Source: Candidatus Omnitrophota bacterium (GTDB taxonomy: Bacteria > Omnitrophota > Gorgyraeia > B26-G9). From it: a stretch of 64,000 nt of DNA. Under the pieces are notes generated by a model, which did no database searches, was not told where the DNA came from, and was given only the letters and a program-made list of their open reading frames with translations. The first letter of the stretch is position 1. Each line of letters begins with the position of its first letter. The position numbers and the translations under genes are program-made. Below, one piece after another: positions 38,127 through 48,838 of the stretch. The stretch is taken from assembly GCA_043826565.1 (NCBI GenBank), contig JBDRPX010000038.1, positions 6,334 through 70,333 on the forward strand. Reading direction: 5' to 3'.

Positions 38127-38858
38127 ATGGAAGATAGTCATCTTTTAAAAACTGAATTTATTTCAAAATCATACCACAATAAAAAAATTGTCGATGCTGT
38201 TAGTATCCACATAAAAAAAGCAGAGGTTGTGGGATTATTAGGTCCTAACGGGGCAGGTAAGACAACTACGTTTTATATGATCGTGGGATTAATATCACCT
38301 GATAAAGGCAAGATATTTTTTGATAATAAAGAAATAACGCATATGGCTATGTATAAACGAGCCCGCTGCGGGATAGGATATTTGTCTCAGGAGCCGTCAA
38401 TCTTTAGGAAGTTGACTGTTGAAGAAAATATTATGGCTGTATTGGAAACTCTCAAGATTACTAAGGCAGAACGTAAAAAGCGGCTGGAGCAGTTATTGGA
38501 AGAGTTGAGAATGACCTCTTTGGCAAAGAGTAAGGCCATGACACTTTCCGGCGGTGAAAGACGGAGACTTGAAATTACCCGATGCCTGGTAACTAACCCA
38601 TCATTTATTTTACTGGATGAGCCTTTTAGCGGGGTTGATCCAATCGCGGTTTTTGAGGTGCAGCAAATAATTGAGGATTTAAAGAAAAAAGGATTAGGTA
38701 TCTTACTTACTGATCATAATGTCCGGGAAACTTTAAGTATTACGGATAGAAGTTATATAATGACGCAGGGGAATATTTTAATGTCGGGGACAGCGCAGGA
38801 CTTAATTAATAATCCGGAAGCTAAAAAAATATATCTTGGTGAGAAATTCACGATGTAG
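38127..38858 (+). CDS. lptB: LPS export ABC transporter ATP-binding protein
   Basis: Walker A 'GLLGPNGAGKTTTF', ABC signature 'LSGGERRRLEI', Walker B 'ILLDEPFSGVDP'. Its position after kdsC matches the conserved kdsDC-lptB neighbourhood. Confidence 0.9.
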   Translation: MEDSHLLKTEFISKSYHNKKIVDAVSIHIKKAEVVGLLGPNGAGKTTTFYMIVGLISPDKGKIFFDNKEITHMAMYKRARCGIGYLSQEPSIFRKLTVEENIMAVLETLKITKAERKKRLEQLLEELRMTSLAKSKAMTLSGGERRRLEITRCLVTNPSFILLDEPFSGVDPIAVFEVQQIIEDLKKKGLGILLTDHNVRETLSITDRSYIMTQGNILMSGTAQDLINNPEAKKIYLGEKFTM

Positions 38859-38919
38859 TGTTCTTGACGTTTAAACGAAATAGTGATAGTATTACAATAT
38901 TATAAATTTGAGAGGAGGA

Positions 38920-39273
38920 ATGAATTTGCAAATTACTATAACCGGAAGAAAATTAACAGTTGGTGAAGATTTAAAAGAACATGTCCAAAAAAGGGTGGAT
39001 AGGTTTAATAAATATTCTCGCGACTTGATTGAAGCCCATGTAGTTTTAGAAGTTGAGAAATATCGCAAAAATGCTGAGGTTTCAGTTTTTGGGAAAAGTC
39101 TTAAAATTACTGAAAAAAGTACTGGTGAGACTATGTTTGCGGCGGTTGACGATGTGTGTTCTCGAGTCGAAAGAGCCTTAAGACGATACAAAGATAAAGT
39201 GAAGGCGCATCGAAAGAAAGATACAGACAAATACAATTTAGAAGAAAACGATGTAGAGGGAGGTCTTGAATGA
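38920..39273 (+). CDS. hpf: Ribosome hibernation promoting factor (HPF/RaiA, short form)
   Basis: '(M)QITITGRKLTVGEDLKEHVQKRVDRFNKY' matches the HPF N-terminus. GAGGAGG RBS; the true start may be TTG at 38926, giving better spacing than ATG 38920. Confidence 0.85.
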   Translation: MNLQITITGRKLTVGEDLKEHVQKRVDRFNKYSRDLIEAHVVLEVEKYRKNAEVSVFGKSLKITEKSTGETMFAAVDDVCSRVERALRRYKDKVKAHRKKDTDKYNLEENDVEGGLE

Positions 39274-39731
39274 AAATAATGGAATTTCTCCACGAGAAAG
39301 CGTTATGCGCAGATATAAAGGCAACTACTAAAGAAGGTGTCATTGAGGAACTGGTCGGGTTGCTGGTCGATGCGCAGGTAATAAAAGATAAGGAAAAACT
39401 TACTAAAATTTTGCTTGAACGTGAAGCATTAGGATCAACCGGTATCGGCCAGGGGGTTGCTATTCCTCATGGTAAGTCAGAAAGCGTTAAAAAATTAGTA
39501 GCTGCTTTTGGCTTATCTCAAAAAGGGGTGAATTTTGATTCTTTGGATGGAGAGCCGGTTTATATTTTCTTTTTACTTGTTGCTCCCGAAGATTCTGCCG
39601 GGCCACATCTTAAGGCTTTAGCTAGAATATCGCGGATACTTAAAGATAAATATTTTAGGGATACATTGCGTTCCGCCAAAGAAAATAAAATAATTTTACA
39701 GATTATTAAACAAGAAGACGTTAGAAAATAA
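39270..39731 (+). CDS. ptsN: PTS IIA-like nitrogen regulatory protein (EIIA-Ntr)
   Basis: 'LGSTGIGQGVAIPHGK' with the active-site His in PTS_EIIA_2 context. ATGA overlap with hpf. Confidence 0.85.
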   Translation: MKIMEFLHEKALCADIKATTKEGVIEELVGLLVDAQVIKDKEKLTKILLEREALGSTGIGQGVAIPHGKSESVKKLVAAFGLSQKGVNFDSLDGEPVYIFFLLVAPEDSAGPHLKALARISRILKDKYFRDTLRSAKENKIILQIIKQEDVRK

Positions 39732-39734
39732 AAA

Positions 39735-40985
39735 ATGCGGATCCTGAAATGGCTATACCCTGGAATGAAAGTAAAGCGCTGGATATTTTTAAGCGCTTTG
39801 GGAATCGTTTTGGTTGTTGCCGGAACTATTCAAGCAGTAAAACAATATGAACTTAAGCAAATTTCTGTTGCCGGAGCTGTTTTATTGCTTTGTGGAATCA
39901 GTTTATTAATTGTCGGTTCCAAGCAAATGACTAAATCATTTATTACTTTATTTGCTCCGCTATACCGGGAAAAGGAATTAGTCGATATTGTTTACAAAAA
40001 ACGTCAGCTTAGCAAGGGGCCGAAGATTGTCGTAATTGGCGGTGGTACAGGATTATCTGTTCTTTTACACGGGCTTAAAGCATATACTTCTAATTTAACT
40101 GCGATTGTAACGGTTGCTGATGATGGGGGAAGCTCAGGTAGATTGCGTAAGCAGTTTAATATGCTGCCGCCGGGAGATATCCGGAATTGTCTGGTTGCGC
40201 TTGCCGAGGCTGAGCCTCTGATGATGGAATTGTTTCAGTTTCGTTTTCAGGAAGGAACAGAATTGGCGGGACATAATTTCGGTAATTTGTTTATTACCGC
40301 AATGACTAAAATTTCCGGTGATTTCGAGAAAGCCATAAAAGATATAAGTAAGGTTTTAGCGATTAGCGGACAAGTGATCCCCTCTACTCTAAAAAGAGTT
40401 ACCTTGGTAGCAGAACATGATGACGGGACAAGAACATACGGAGAAACCCGGATATCCAAAAGTGCAGGTCTTATTAAACGCGTAAAGCTTATGCCGGAAA
40501 ATTGTGTTCCTACGGAAAGTGCGTTAGAGGCGATCAATGATGCTGAGGCGATTATCTTAGGGCCGGGAAGTTTATATACAAGTGTTCTTCCGAATTTAGT
40601 GATTAAAAACATGTCTGAGGCAATTCAGGCTTCGCAGGCAATAAAAGTTTATATATGCAATGTGATGACTCAATCTGGGGAAACAGATAATTTTACCGCT
40701 TATGACCATATTAAAGCGATCAAATCACATACTGCTTGTGACCTGATTGATTATTGTATTGTTAATACCGGTATTGTGCCTGCTGAGTTTTTGAAAAAAT
40801 ATAAAAAAGAGGGAGCTGTGCCGGTAAAAGCTGATATTGAAAATATAAAGGCTAATGGGGTCTCGGTTATAGCTGATAATGTAATAAGTACTAAGGATCA
40901 TGTTAGACATAATTCTGAGAAAATAGCAAAGAATGTAATTGATCTAATTCTGGATTTAAAAGCAAAGAGTGGTGTTTACGTTTAA
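39735..40985 (+). CDS. yvcK: YvcK/UPF0052 (CofD-like gluconeogenesis factor) with ~90-aa N-terminal TM extension
   Basis: 'KIVVIGGGTGLSVLLHGLK', 'TAIVTVADDGGSSGRLR', 'LPPGDIRNCLVAL' motifs. The first ~90 aa contain two hydrophobic helices. Confidence 0.85.
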   Translation: MRILKWLYPGMKVKRWIFLSALGIVLVVAGTIQAVKQYELKQISVAGAVLLLCGISLLIVGSKQMTKSFITLFAPLYREKELVDIVYKKRQLSKGPKIVVIGGGTGLSVLLHGLKAYTSNLTAIVTVADDGGSSGRLRKQFNMLPPGDIRNCLVALAEAEPLMMELFQFRFQEGTELAGHNFGNLFITAMTKISGDFEKAIKDISKVLAISGQVIPSTLKRVTLVAEHDDGTRTYGETRISKSAGLIKRVKLMPENCVPTESALEAINDAEAIILGPGSLYTSVLPNLVIKNMSEAIQASQAIKVYICNVMTQSGETDNFTAYDHIKAIKSHTACDLIDYCIVNTGIVPAEFLKKYKKEGAVPVKADIENIKANGVSVIADNVISTKDHVRHNSEKIAKNVIDLILDLKAKSGVYV

Positions 40986-41014
40986 AATAATAGTATTGAA
41001 TGAGATAATGCAGG

Positions 41015-41314
41015 GTGAAAATGGATAGAAATTCGAAAATAATAGAAAAAAGTGTAATTATAAAAAGCAAGGCTGGCCTGCATGCCAGACCGGCGGCGAT
41101 TTTTGTGCAGGTAGCAAATAAATTTGATAGCGAAATTACGATAACTAAGGGGCATCAAAAAGTTAATGGAAAATCAATTATGGGTGTGCTGATGTTGGCG
41201 GCAGGTCAGGGGCAAGAGGTAATTATTATTGCGGAAGGTCCGGATGCTGAAATGGCGATAAGGGAGCTTGAAAAAATACTTTTAAATGATGAAGACAGGA
41301 AAACGACTACATAA
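41015..41314 (+). CDS. ptsH: Phosphocarrier protein HPr/NPr
   Basis: Active-site His context 'KSKAGLHARPAAIFV'; ~90 aa. Confidence 0.9.
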   Translation: MKMDRNSKIIEKSVIIKSKAGLHARPAAIFVQVANKFDSEITITKGHQKVNGKSIMGVLMLAAGQGQEVIIIAEGPDAEMAIRELEKILLNDEDRKTTT

Positions 41315-43049
41315 AACAGTACTTAAAGGCATTGCTGCTTCTCCGGGAATAGCCATGGGCAGTGTCTATCTTTGGGACAGTGAAGATTATAATGTCCATA
41401 TGTATGCAATTAAGGACTCCCAGATTGGCAGAGAAATTGTGCGGCTGGAAGAGGCTTTAATAAAAACACGTGCGGAAATTTTAGATATACAAAAAAAGAT
41501 TTCAAGCGGCATGGGGGTTGAACATGCGGAAATTTTTAATGCGCATCTTCTAGTTTTAGAAGACAGGATGTTGATTGAAGAAGTAATAAACAAGATTAAA
41601 AAAGAAAAGACCAATGTAGAAAGTATCTTTGTCGCAGTGCTGAGAAAATACTGCGATATATTTGCCAAGATGGACGATGAGTATTTAAAGGAACGTCTCA
41701 TAGATATCCAGGATGTGGGAAAAAGAGTACTGCATAATTTACTGGGTAAACAGCGTCAGGAACTTTTTGACCTAAAAAAAGAAGTAATCGTAGTTGCTGC
41801 TAACTTGTCCCCTTCGGATACGGCTTTAATCCAAAAAGAAAAAGTAATTGCCTTTGCTACTGATATGGGAGGCAGAACTTCACATACTGCAATATTGGCA
41901 CGCTCTCAAGAAATACCTGCTGTAGTTGGGCTGAAGACACTTACTGCGATTGTAAAGCAGGGAGATACGATAATTATTGACGGGAATCAGGGGGTAGTAA
42001 TAATTAATCCTACCGCTAGTGACCTAATAAAATATAAACAAGAAAAAAGAAGATTTGCTAACTTTGAGCGGGGGCTTTCAAGATTAAAGGAATTACCTTC
42101 AGTAACCAAAGATAATCATAGTGTGCTTGTGGGGGCAAATATTGAATTCCCTGAAGAAATCGCGTCTATTTTAGCCCATGGTGCCGAAGGGGTTGGGCTT
42201 TATCGTACGGAATATATGTATCTCAATAGGACTGATTTACCCACTGAGGCTGATCATTTTAAAGCATATAAGAAGGTTGCGCAGTGTATGCAGAAATCTT
42301 CTGTGGTTATCCGGACGATTGATTTAGGCGGGGATAAGTTTGCTTCTCATCTTGATTTGCCAAATGAAATGAATCCGCTTATGGGAATGCGCGCAATCAG
42401 ATTTTGTCTTGCCCGCCCGGATATTTTTAAAACACAGCTTTCCGGAATATTGAGAGCTAGTGTCTACGGGAATCTGAAAATTATGTATCCGATGATTTCC
42501 GGATTAGGAGAACTCAGGAAGGCGAATATAATTTTACAGGAAGTTAAGATGGATCTAAAAAAACAAAAGATCCCTTTTGATGAAAATATCGAAGTAGGCA
42601 TAATGATTGAGGTTCCCTCAGCAGCACTTATTGCCGATATTTTAGCTAAAGAGGCTGATTTTTTTAGTATCGGAACTAATGACTTGATTCAATACGCCCT
42701 GGCAGTTGACCGGATTAATGAAAAGATAACATATCTTTATGAGCCGGCGCACCCTGCGGTTTTACGACTTATAAAATCAGTTATTGATACAGCACATAAG
42801 GAGGGAATCTGGGTTGGAATGTGCGGAGAGATGGCTGCGGAGCCGCCGTTTATTCTGGTCTTATTGGGATTAGGATTGGATGAATTTAGTGCCAGTGCTG
42901 TGGCTATCCCGGAGATTAAAAAGATTATTAGATCGGTTACCTATGAGCAGGCTAAGAAAATCGCTGAAAAAGCCTTAACTTTTTCAACAGGTAAAGAGAT
43001 TGAAAGCTATCTTCGCACAAAACTAAGTGAACTTATTTACTATAAATAA
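41286..43049 (+). CDS. ptsI: Phosphoenolpyruvate-protein phosphotransferase (Enzyme I)
   Basis: Phospho-His motif 'GGRTSHTAILAR' and the PEP-utilising C-terminal TIM barrel ('IGTNDLIQY', 'VGMCGEMA'). Confidence 0.95.
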   Translation: MMKTGKRLHKTVLKGIAASPGIAMGSVYLWDSEDYNVHMYAIKDSQIGREIVRLEEALIKTRAEILDIQKKISSGMGVEHAEIFNAHLLVLEDRMLIEEVINKIKKEKTNVESIFVAVLRKYCDIFAKMDDEYLKERLIDIQDVGKRVLHNLLGKQRQELFDLKKEVIVVAANLSPSDTALIQKEKVIAFATDMGGRTSHTAILARSQEIPAVVGLKTLTAIVKQGDTIIIDGNQGVVIINPTASDLIKYKQEKRRFANFERGLSRLKELPSVTKDNHSVLVGANIEFPEEIASILAHGAEGVGLYRTEYMYLNRTDLPTEADHFKAYKKVAQCMQKSSVVIRTIDLGGDKFASHLDLPNEMNPLMGMRAIRFCLARPDIFKTQLSGILRASVYGNLKIMYPMISGLGELRKANIILQEVKMDLKKQKIPFDENIEVGIMIEVPSAALIADILAKEADFFSIGTNDLIQYALAVDRINEKITYLYEPAHPAVLRLIKSVIDTAHKEGIWVGMCGEMAAEPPFILVLLGLGLDEFSASAVAIPEIKKIIRSVTYEQAKKIAEKALTFSTGKEIESYLRTKLSELIYYK

Positions 43050-43072
43050 ACTAGCAGATAAAGAACGATAAA

Positions 43073-43837
43073 ATGAAAATTTTGATTTTAGCAGCAGGGT
43101 ATGCAACGAGGTTATATCCTTTAACAAAGCACTGGCCTAAACCATTATTAATGGTTAAAGAAAAGCCGATTATTTGGCATATTATCAGCAATGTGAGATT
43201 TTTAGAGGGTCTTAAGGAAATAATTATTGTAACTAATGATAAATTTTCGCTGAATTTCCAGAAGTGGTCTTCCGGGGTTGATTTTGGAGTTCCCATAACA
43301 ATTATTAATGATGAGACTACATCGGAAAAAAACAGACTAGGGGCTATCGGTGATATTGATTTTGTTTTAAAAAATCATCCGGTTGAGGAGGATTTGTTAG
43401 TTATCGGAGGGGATAATCTTTTTTCTTTTAATCTGGGAAGTTTTCTCAAGTATGCTAAAGAAAAAAATAATTCATGTACCATAGGTCTGCATGAGTTAAA
43501 TGATCCGGAAAATATTAGCCGTTATGGAGTTGTTAGTATTGACAGCAAAGGAAAATTAATTAGTTTTGAGGAAAAGCCGAAGAATAGCACTTCAAGGTTA
43601 ATTTCTATGTGTATATATTATTTTCCTAAAAAAACCATCGGTTTTATTCCGGAGTATTTGAGCCAAGACCACAGTAGTGATGCAACCGGAAGTTATATCC
43701 GGTGGTTGCATGAAAAAATAGATGTTTGGGGTTATGTGTTAAAAGGGGTTTGGTATGATATCGGGGATATTGATACTTTTTACCATACCAGTGTGACTTA
43801 TGATGATACCTGGGAAAAAGTCGTTAAATTGGATTAG
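43073..43837 (+). CDS. Sugar-phosphate nucleotidyltransferase (NTP_transferase family)
   Basis: '[24 protein letters not shown]' G-x-G-T-R-L motif of nucleotidyl-sugar pyrophosphorylases. Confidence 0.75.
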   Translation: MKILILAAGYATRLYPLTKHWPKPLLMVKEKPIIWHIISNVRFLEGLKEIIIVTNDKFSLNFQKWSSGVDFGVPITIINDETTSEKNRLGAIGDIDFVLKNHPVEEDLLVIGGDNLFSFNLGSFLKYAKEKNNSCTIGLHELNDPENISRYGVVSIDSKGKLISFEEKPKNSTSRLISMCIYYFPKKTIGFIPEYLSQDHSSDATGSYIRWLHEKIDVWGYVLKGVWYDIGDIDTFYHTSVTYDDTWEKVVKLD

Positions 43838-43868
43838 AAAAGGTAAAATAACGAAAGGGAAAAGGAAA

Positions 43869-44972
43869 ATGAAATATTTTTTTACTTCAGAGTCTGTCGG
43901 GCAAGGTCATCCGGATAAAGTTGCTGACGCTATATCCGATGCTGTCTTAGATAAGATGTTAGAGCAAGATCCAAAATCAAGAGTTGCTTGCGAAACAATG
44001 TGCGCTAAAGGAACTATTATTGTGTCCGGTGAGGTTACAACTGAGGCATATGTTGATGTAAATAGAGTGGTATCTGACACGCTAACACGTATTGGTTATG
44101 ATGCCAATCAGTTTGGTGTCTTAACATCAATTCATACTCAGTCACCGGATATTGCTCAGGGAGTCGATACAGGCGGAGCCGGTGATCAGGGATTGATGTT
44201 TGGATATGCTTGTAAACAAACAGAAGAGCTTATGCCGCTTCCCATAACGCTTGCACATAAGTTAATCAAAAGGTTAGATGAGTATAGAAGGGGTGTTGAG
44301 TATTTAAGGCCTGACACAAAAGCTCAGGTTACTGTTGAATATGAGGATAAGACTCCCCAGAGAATAGAAGCTATTGTTATCGCTGCTTCTCATGATTCTC
44401 ATGTAAGTATGGAAACGCTTCGTAAAGAGATTCACAAAGAAGTTATTGAAAAAGTTATTCCGGCAGAAATGATTGATGAAAACACAAAATATCATATTAA
44501 TGCAACAGGCCGTTTTGAAGAGCATGGCCCTGCGGCAGATGTAGGATTAACCGGCCGAAAGATTATTGTTGATACATACGGTGGATGGTCACGTCATGGC
44601 GGCGGAGCTTTTTCCGGCAAAGACTCAACAAAAGTTGACCGTTCAGCAGCTTATATGGCTCGCTATATAGCTAAAAATATTGTCGCGGCAGATCTTGCCG
44701 ATGAAGCAGAAGTACAATTAGCATATTGTATCGGTGTGGCCGAACCTGTGTCTGTATTTATCGATACTTTTGGTACAGGCAAAGTATGTGAAGAAAAATT
44801 ATCTGAAGTTGTCAGAGCTATTTTTCCACTTCACCCACAAGAAATAATTGAACATTTGGAATTACGTAAACCTGTATTTTCTCCGACTTCAGCTCACGGG
44901 CATTTTGGAAATCCTGACTATCGCTGGGAGAAGACAGATATGGTTAAAGAATTAAAGAAAGCTTTTGCTTAA
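43869..44972 (+). CDS. metK: S-adenosylmethionine synthetase
   Basis: '[16 protein letters not shown]', '[12 protein letters not shown]', 'GGGAFSGKD' MetK signatures. ATG 43869 follows a purine-rich RBS. Confidence 0.95.
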   Translation: MKYFFTSESVGQGHPDKVADAISDAVLDKMLEQDPKSRVACETMCAKGTIIVSGEVTTEAYVDVNRVVSDTLTRIGYDANQFGVLTSIHTQSPDIAQGVDTGGAGDQGLMFGYACKQTEELMPLPITLAHKLIKRLDEYRRGVEYLRPDTKAQVTVEYEDKTPQRIEAIVIAASHDSHVSMETLRKEIHKEVIEKVIPAEMIDENTKYHINATGRFEEHGPAADVGLTGRKIIVDTYGGWSRHGGGAFSGKDSTKVDRSAAYMARYIAKNIVAADLADEAEVQLAYCIGVAEPVSVFIDTFGTGKVCEEKLSEVVRAIFPLHPQEIIEHLELRKPVFSPTSAHGHFGNPDYRWEKTDMVKELKKAFA

Positions 44973-44988
44973 AAATAAAGGTAAGCAT

Positions 44989-46392
44989 ATGGAAAATTAT
45001 AAAGTAGCAGATATGTCCTTAGTTGATTTTGGACGCAAAGAAATTGAAATAGCAGAGCATGAAATGCCGGGTCTTATGGCAACACGTGCTAAGTATGGTA
45101 AAGAGAAACCTTTAATGGGTGTCCGTATAATGGGTTCGCTTCACATGACAGTTCAAACAGCTGTATTAATTGAGACTTTGGTTGAATTAGGTGCCGATGT
45201 TCGTTGGGCTTCTTGTAATATTTACTCAACTCAGGATCATGCTGCTGCTGCAATTGCTGCTGCCGGAGTACCTGTGTTTGCATGGAAAGGCGAAACATTG
45301 GAAGAGTATTGGGATTGTACTTTAAAGGCTCTGTCTTTTCCTGACGGAAAAGGCCCTGAACTCATTGTTGATGACGGAGGAGATGCTACTCTTCTAATTC
45401 ACTGGGGATTAAAAGCTGAAAAAGATGCTTCATTTCTTGATCGGGAAGCAGGTCACGAAGAAGAACAGTGTATTTTAGATCTTTTAAAAAGAGAACTTAA
45501 AACTGACTATGGGAAATGGAGACGTTTTGTTAAAGACTGGAAGGGCGTTTCTGAAGAAACAACAACCGGAGTACATCGTCTATACCAGATGTTGGAAGAG
45601 GGTGAACTACTTGTTCCGGCAATTAATGTTAATGATTCTGTAACAAAATCAAAATTCGACAATCTTTATGGTTGTCGTGAATCTTTAGCAGATGGAATTA
45701 AGCGTGCAACTGATGTTATGGTGGCCGGTAAAACAGTTTGTATCTTAGGTTATGGTGATGTAGGTAAAGGCTGTGCTCAGTCTATGCGGGGATTTGGCGC
45801 ACGCGTATTGATCACTGAAATTGATCCTATTTGTGCTCTTCAGGCCGCAATGGAAGGCTTTGAAGTAACAACAATGGAAGAGGCTGTGGCAGAGGCAAAT
45901 ATTTTTGTTACAACGACGGGTAATGTTGGTGTTATTTCAATAGACCATTTAGAGGCTATGAAAGACCAGGCAATTGTTTGTAATATCGGGCACTTTGATT
46001 CAGAGATAGAAGTCGACAAGCTTGAAAAATTTCCCGGGATAACTATAATAAATATCAAACCTCAGGTTGATAAGTTTACCTTTCCAAAAGGTAACTCTAT
46101 TTATTTGCTGGCCAGCGGTCGTTTGGTTAATTTAGGATGTGCTACTGGGCATTCGTCGTTTGTTATGTCAAATTCGTTCACTAATCAGGTTCTTGCTCAA
46201 ATCGATCTCTGGGCAAATAAGGATAAATATAAAGTGGGCGTTTATCGGCTCTCAAAGCAGCTGGATGAGGAAGTGGCAAGATTACATCTTCAAAAAATCG
46301 GAGTGAAACTTACAAAGTTAACTAAAAAGCAGGCTGATTATTTAGGCGTTCCCGTAGAGGGGCCGTATAAGCCGGAGCATTATAGGTACTAG
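44989..46392 (+). CDS. ahcY: Adenosylhomocysteinase
   Basis: '[27 protein letters not shown]' N-terminus and NAD-binding '[10 protein letters not shown]'. ATG 44989 chosen over the track start at 44965. Confidence 0.95.
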   Translation: MENYKVADMSLVDFGRKEIEIAEHEMPGLMATRAKYGKEKPLMGVRIMGSLHMTVQTAVLIETLVELGADVRWASCNIYSTQDHAAAAIAAAGVPVFAWKGETLEEYWDCTLKALSFPDGKGPELIVDDGGDATLLIHWGLKAEKDASFLDREAGHEEEQCILDLLKRELKTDYGKWRRFVKDWKGVSEETTTGVHRLYQMLEEGELLVPAINVNDSVTKSKFDNLYGCRESLADGIKRATDVMVAGKTVCILGYGDVGKGCAQSMRGFGARVLITEIDPICALQAAMEGFEVTTMEEAVAEANIFVTTTGNVGVISIDHLEAMKDQAIVCNIGHFDSEIEVDKLEKFPGITIINIKPQVDKFTFPKGNSIYLLASGRLVNLGCATGHSSFVMSNSFTNQVLAQIDLWANKDKYKVGVYRLSKQLDEEVARLHLQKIGVKLTKLTKKQADYLGVPVEGPYKPEHYRY

Positions 46393-46658
46393 AAATATTG
46401 TATATTAAGTTACAAATCACAATTAACAAATTACAAGCAATATACAATTACCAAAATTAAAAAAACTAAAAACTAGGTTGTGAATTATTAGTGATTCTAT
46501 ATCATTTATTGGGGATGTAATTTTGTAATAGCATAAATGTTTTTTAATTGTATATTGGAGTTTGTTGCGCTTTGCGGAATTTTGCTTGTCCTGTTGATTT
46601 GTAATTTGGATTTTGTTTATTGTTTATTTTAAGGTTTGAAAAAAGGAGGCATTGGGTT

Positions 46659-47666
46659 ATGGCGTTGTATAAAGAGTTAGGGTTAGTAAATACTCGCGAG
46701 ATGTTTAAGAAGGCAATGGAAGGTAAATACGCTGTTCCCGCGTATAACTTTAATAACATGGAACAGATACAGGCAATAATTGTTGCTTGTGTTGAATCTC
46801 AGTCCCCGGTGATTTTACAGGTTTCCAGTGGTGCCAGAAAATATGCTAACCAGACCTTATTGCGGTATATGGGGCAAGGTGCTGTGGAGATGATGAAAGA
46901 TATAGCAAAAGAAAAAGGTTTGAAGGAAATTCCCATTGCCTTACATCTTGATCATGGGGATACTTTTGAACTTTGCAAATCTTGTATTGAATCTGGGTTT
47001 TCCTCTGTTATGATCGATGGATCTCACCACTCATTTGAAAAAAACATAGCATTAACCAAGCAGGTGGTTGATTATGCGCACCGGTTTGATGTTACGGTTG
47101 AGGGTGAGCTCGGGGTTTTAGCTGGTATTGAGGATGCTGTTGTCGCAGAAAAGTCTACCTATACGAAACCGGAAGAGGTTATCGAATTTGTGGAAAAGAC
47201 AGGTGTTGATTCGCTGGCAATTTCTATCGGCACATCGCATGGCGCAAATAAATTTAAACCGGAGCAGTGCACAAGGAACGCCGATGGAGTGTATATTCCT
47301 CCGGAGCTGCGTTTCGATATTTTAAGTGAAATCGAAGAAAAAATACCAGGTTTTACAATAGTTTTACACGGATCGTCTTCAGTACCGATAGAAGCCGTTA
47401 AGATTATTAACGCAAATGGGGGAGCCTTAAAAGATTCAGTGGGTATCCCTGAGGAGCAAATCAGAAAAGCGACCAAGTCTGCGGTTTGTAAAGTAAATAT
47501 TGATTCCGACGGAAGACTATGGATGACTGCGGCGATCAGAAAGCTTTTCAATGAGAAGCCGGCGGAATTTGATCCCCGTAAATATTTAGGACCGGCAAGA
47601 GAAGCCCTGGTTGCTATGTACAAACATAAAAATGAAAACGTACTTGGGTCTGCGGGAAAAGCATAA
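46659..47666 (+). CDS. fba: Fructose-bisphosphate aldolase, class II
   Basis: 'LHLDHGDTFE' and 'IGTSHGANKF' class II FBA motifs. ATG 46659 with an AAGGAGG RBS. Confidence 0.9.
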   Translation: MALYKELGLVNTREMFKKAMEGKYAVPAYNFNNMEQIQAIIVACVESQSPVILQVSSGARKYANQTLLRYMGQGAVEMMKDIAKEKGLKEIPIALHLDHGDTFELCKSCIESGFSSVMIDGSHHSFEKNIALTKQVVDYAHRFDVTVEGELGVLAGIEDAVVAEKSTYTKPEEVIEFVEKTGVDSLAISIGTSHGANKFKPEQCTRNADGVYIPPELRFDILSEIEEKIPGFTIVLHGSSSVPIEAVKIINANGGALKDSVGIPEEQIRKATKSAVCKVNIDSDGRLWMTAAIRKLFNEKPAEFDPRKYLGPAREALVAMYKHKNENVLGSAGKA

Positions 47667-47676
47667 TAACATGTAG

Positions 47677-47723
47677 GGACAGGTCGTGACCTGTCCGAAG
47701 CCGCGTAATGGCTGTTCGTTTTT
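47677..47723 (+). terminator. Terminator region between convergent fba (+) and lptG (-)
   Basis: 8-bp hairpin GGACAGGT/ACCTGTCC, then a second weak hairpin and TTTTTT at 47717-47722. Confidence 0.45.
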
Positions 47724-47744
47724 TCTTAACATTCAATTGTAGGG

Positions 47745-48836
47745 TTATTTTCTTGCGGATTCCTCGATAAGCCAAATACCGGTAAAAAGAAATATTGTAT
47801 TAGTCATCCATGCGGAAATAAACGGCGGCAAGATCCCGATTTTACCAAAAGACATACATACGGCATGTACCGTCCAGTAGCTAAAACTTATGGCGATACT
47901 GATCGTTATTCCCAGGATAGTGCTGGTATTTCTTTTTTGTGTCAGGGTAAACGGAACCACAAAAAATATAATTATAAAGTTAGCCAAAGGAAAAGATACT
48001 TTACTATAAAATTCAACTAATTCCTTCCGGGCTTTAAACCCGTTGTTTTCCAGACGGCGGATGTATTTCTTAAGCTGCCAATAACTCATCAGGTTAGGTT
48101 GTATATTAGCTCGCTTAAAATCTTTTGGTTGTTCATCAATTAATATTACTTTTTCCACATAGTGCTCAGGGCTGCCGACCAATTCACCTTTAGAATATTC
48201 GCTGATAATACAATCATAGAATAGCCAATATCCTTCAACCCACTGAGCGCGTTTGGCGACAACCTGCCGGGATACTTCATTTTTACTATTATTTTCCGAA
48301 ATTATTATGTTATTCATTTGATAGCGTTTTGCGTCATAACTATTAATGATAAAAATCCTATTGTGCGACCCATATAAAGTTAAGTCTTTCATTATGTTGT
48401 TTTTTTCTTTTTTTGCATTAGTTTTAAAATATGATTCTTTAAGATTTTCCGCGTGCAAATATGAATCCGGCTTGATAAGCTCATTTATGCTAAAGCTTAC
48501 CGAGCTTATAAATAAACCGAAAATAATAAAAATCCCGATAATGCTCCAGAGATTAACTCCAATCGCCTTAATGGCCATGATCTCATTATTTTTATTTAAC
48601 GTGCTTAGGGTATAAATAGTTGCCAGGATCATAATAACCGGGCTGATCTGAACGAAAATATAAGGGGTCAGCGAGAAATAATAATCGCAAAGTACAAACA
48701 ACGGTACTTTTGCTTTGGCGATCTCATCGAGATGTTCAAAGAGGTCAATAATCCAGGATAAAGAAATAAATAAAATTAAACACCAGACATACGGTTTTAA
48801 AAACTCACCAAGAATATATTTTTTCAGTATTTTCAT
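47745..48836 (-). CDS. lptG: LPS export permease LptG (YjgP/YjgQ family)
   Basis: 363 aa, 6-TM YjgP/YjgQ architecture with a periplasmic beta-jellyroll insertion. Immediately downstream of its paralog. Confidence 0.75.
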   Translation of the reverse strand: MKILKKYILGEFLKPYVWCLILFISLSWIIDLFEHLDEIAKAKVPLFVLCDYYFSLTPYIFVQISPVIMILATIYTLSTLNKNNEIMAIKAIGVNLWSIIGIFIIFGLFISSVSFSINELIKPDSYLHAENLKESYFKTNAKKEKNNIMKDLTLYGSHNRIFIINSYDAKRYQMNNIIISENNSKNEVSRQVVAKRAQWVEGYWLFYDCIISEYSKGELVGSPEHYVEKVILIDEQPKDFKRANIQPNLMSYWQLKKYIRRLENNGFKARKELVEFYSKVSFPLANFIIIFFVVPFTLTQKRNTSTILGITISIAISFSYWTVHAVCMSFGKIGILPPFISAWMTNTIFLFTGIWLIEESARK

Positions 48837-48838
48837 AA

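Noticed and set aside
43838-43868. SAM riboswitch upstream of metK
   Set aside because: The metK start lies only ~30 nt after the upstream NTase gene, and the sequence is a purine-rich RBS region. There is no room for an aptamer.
47159-47623. 154-aa minus-strand ORF opposite fba
   Set aside because: Antisense to the fba CDS with clear class II aldolase motifs. Shadow ORF.
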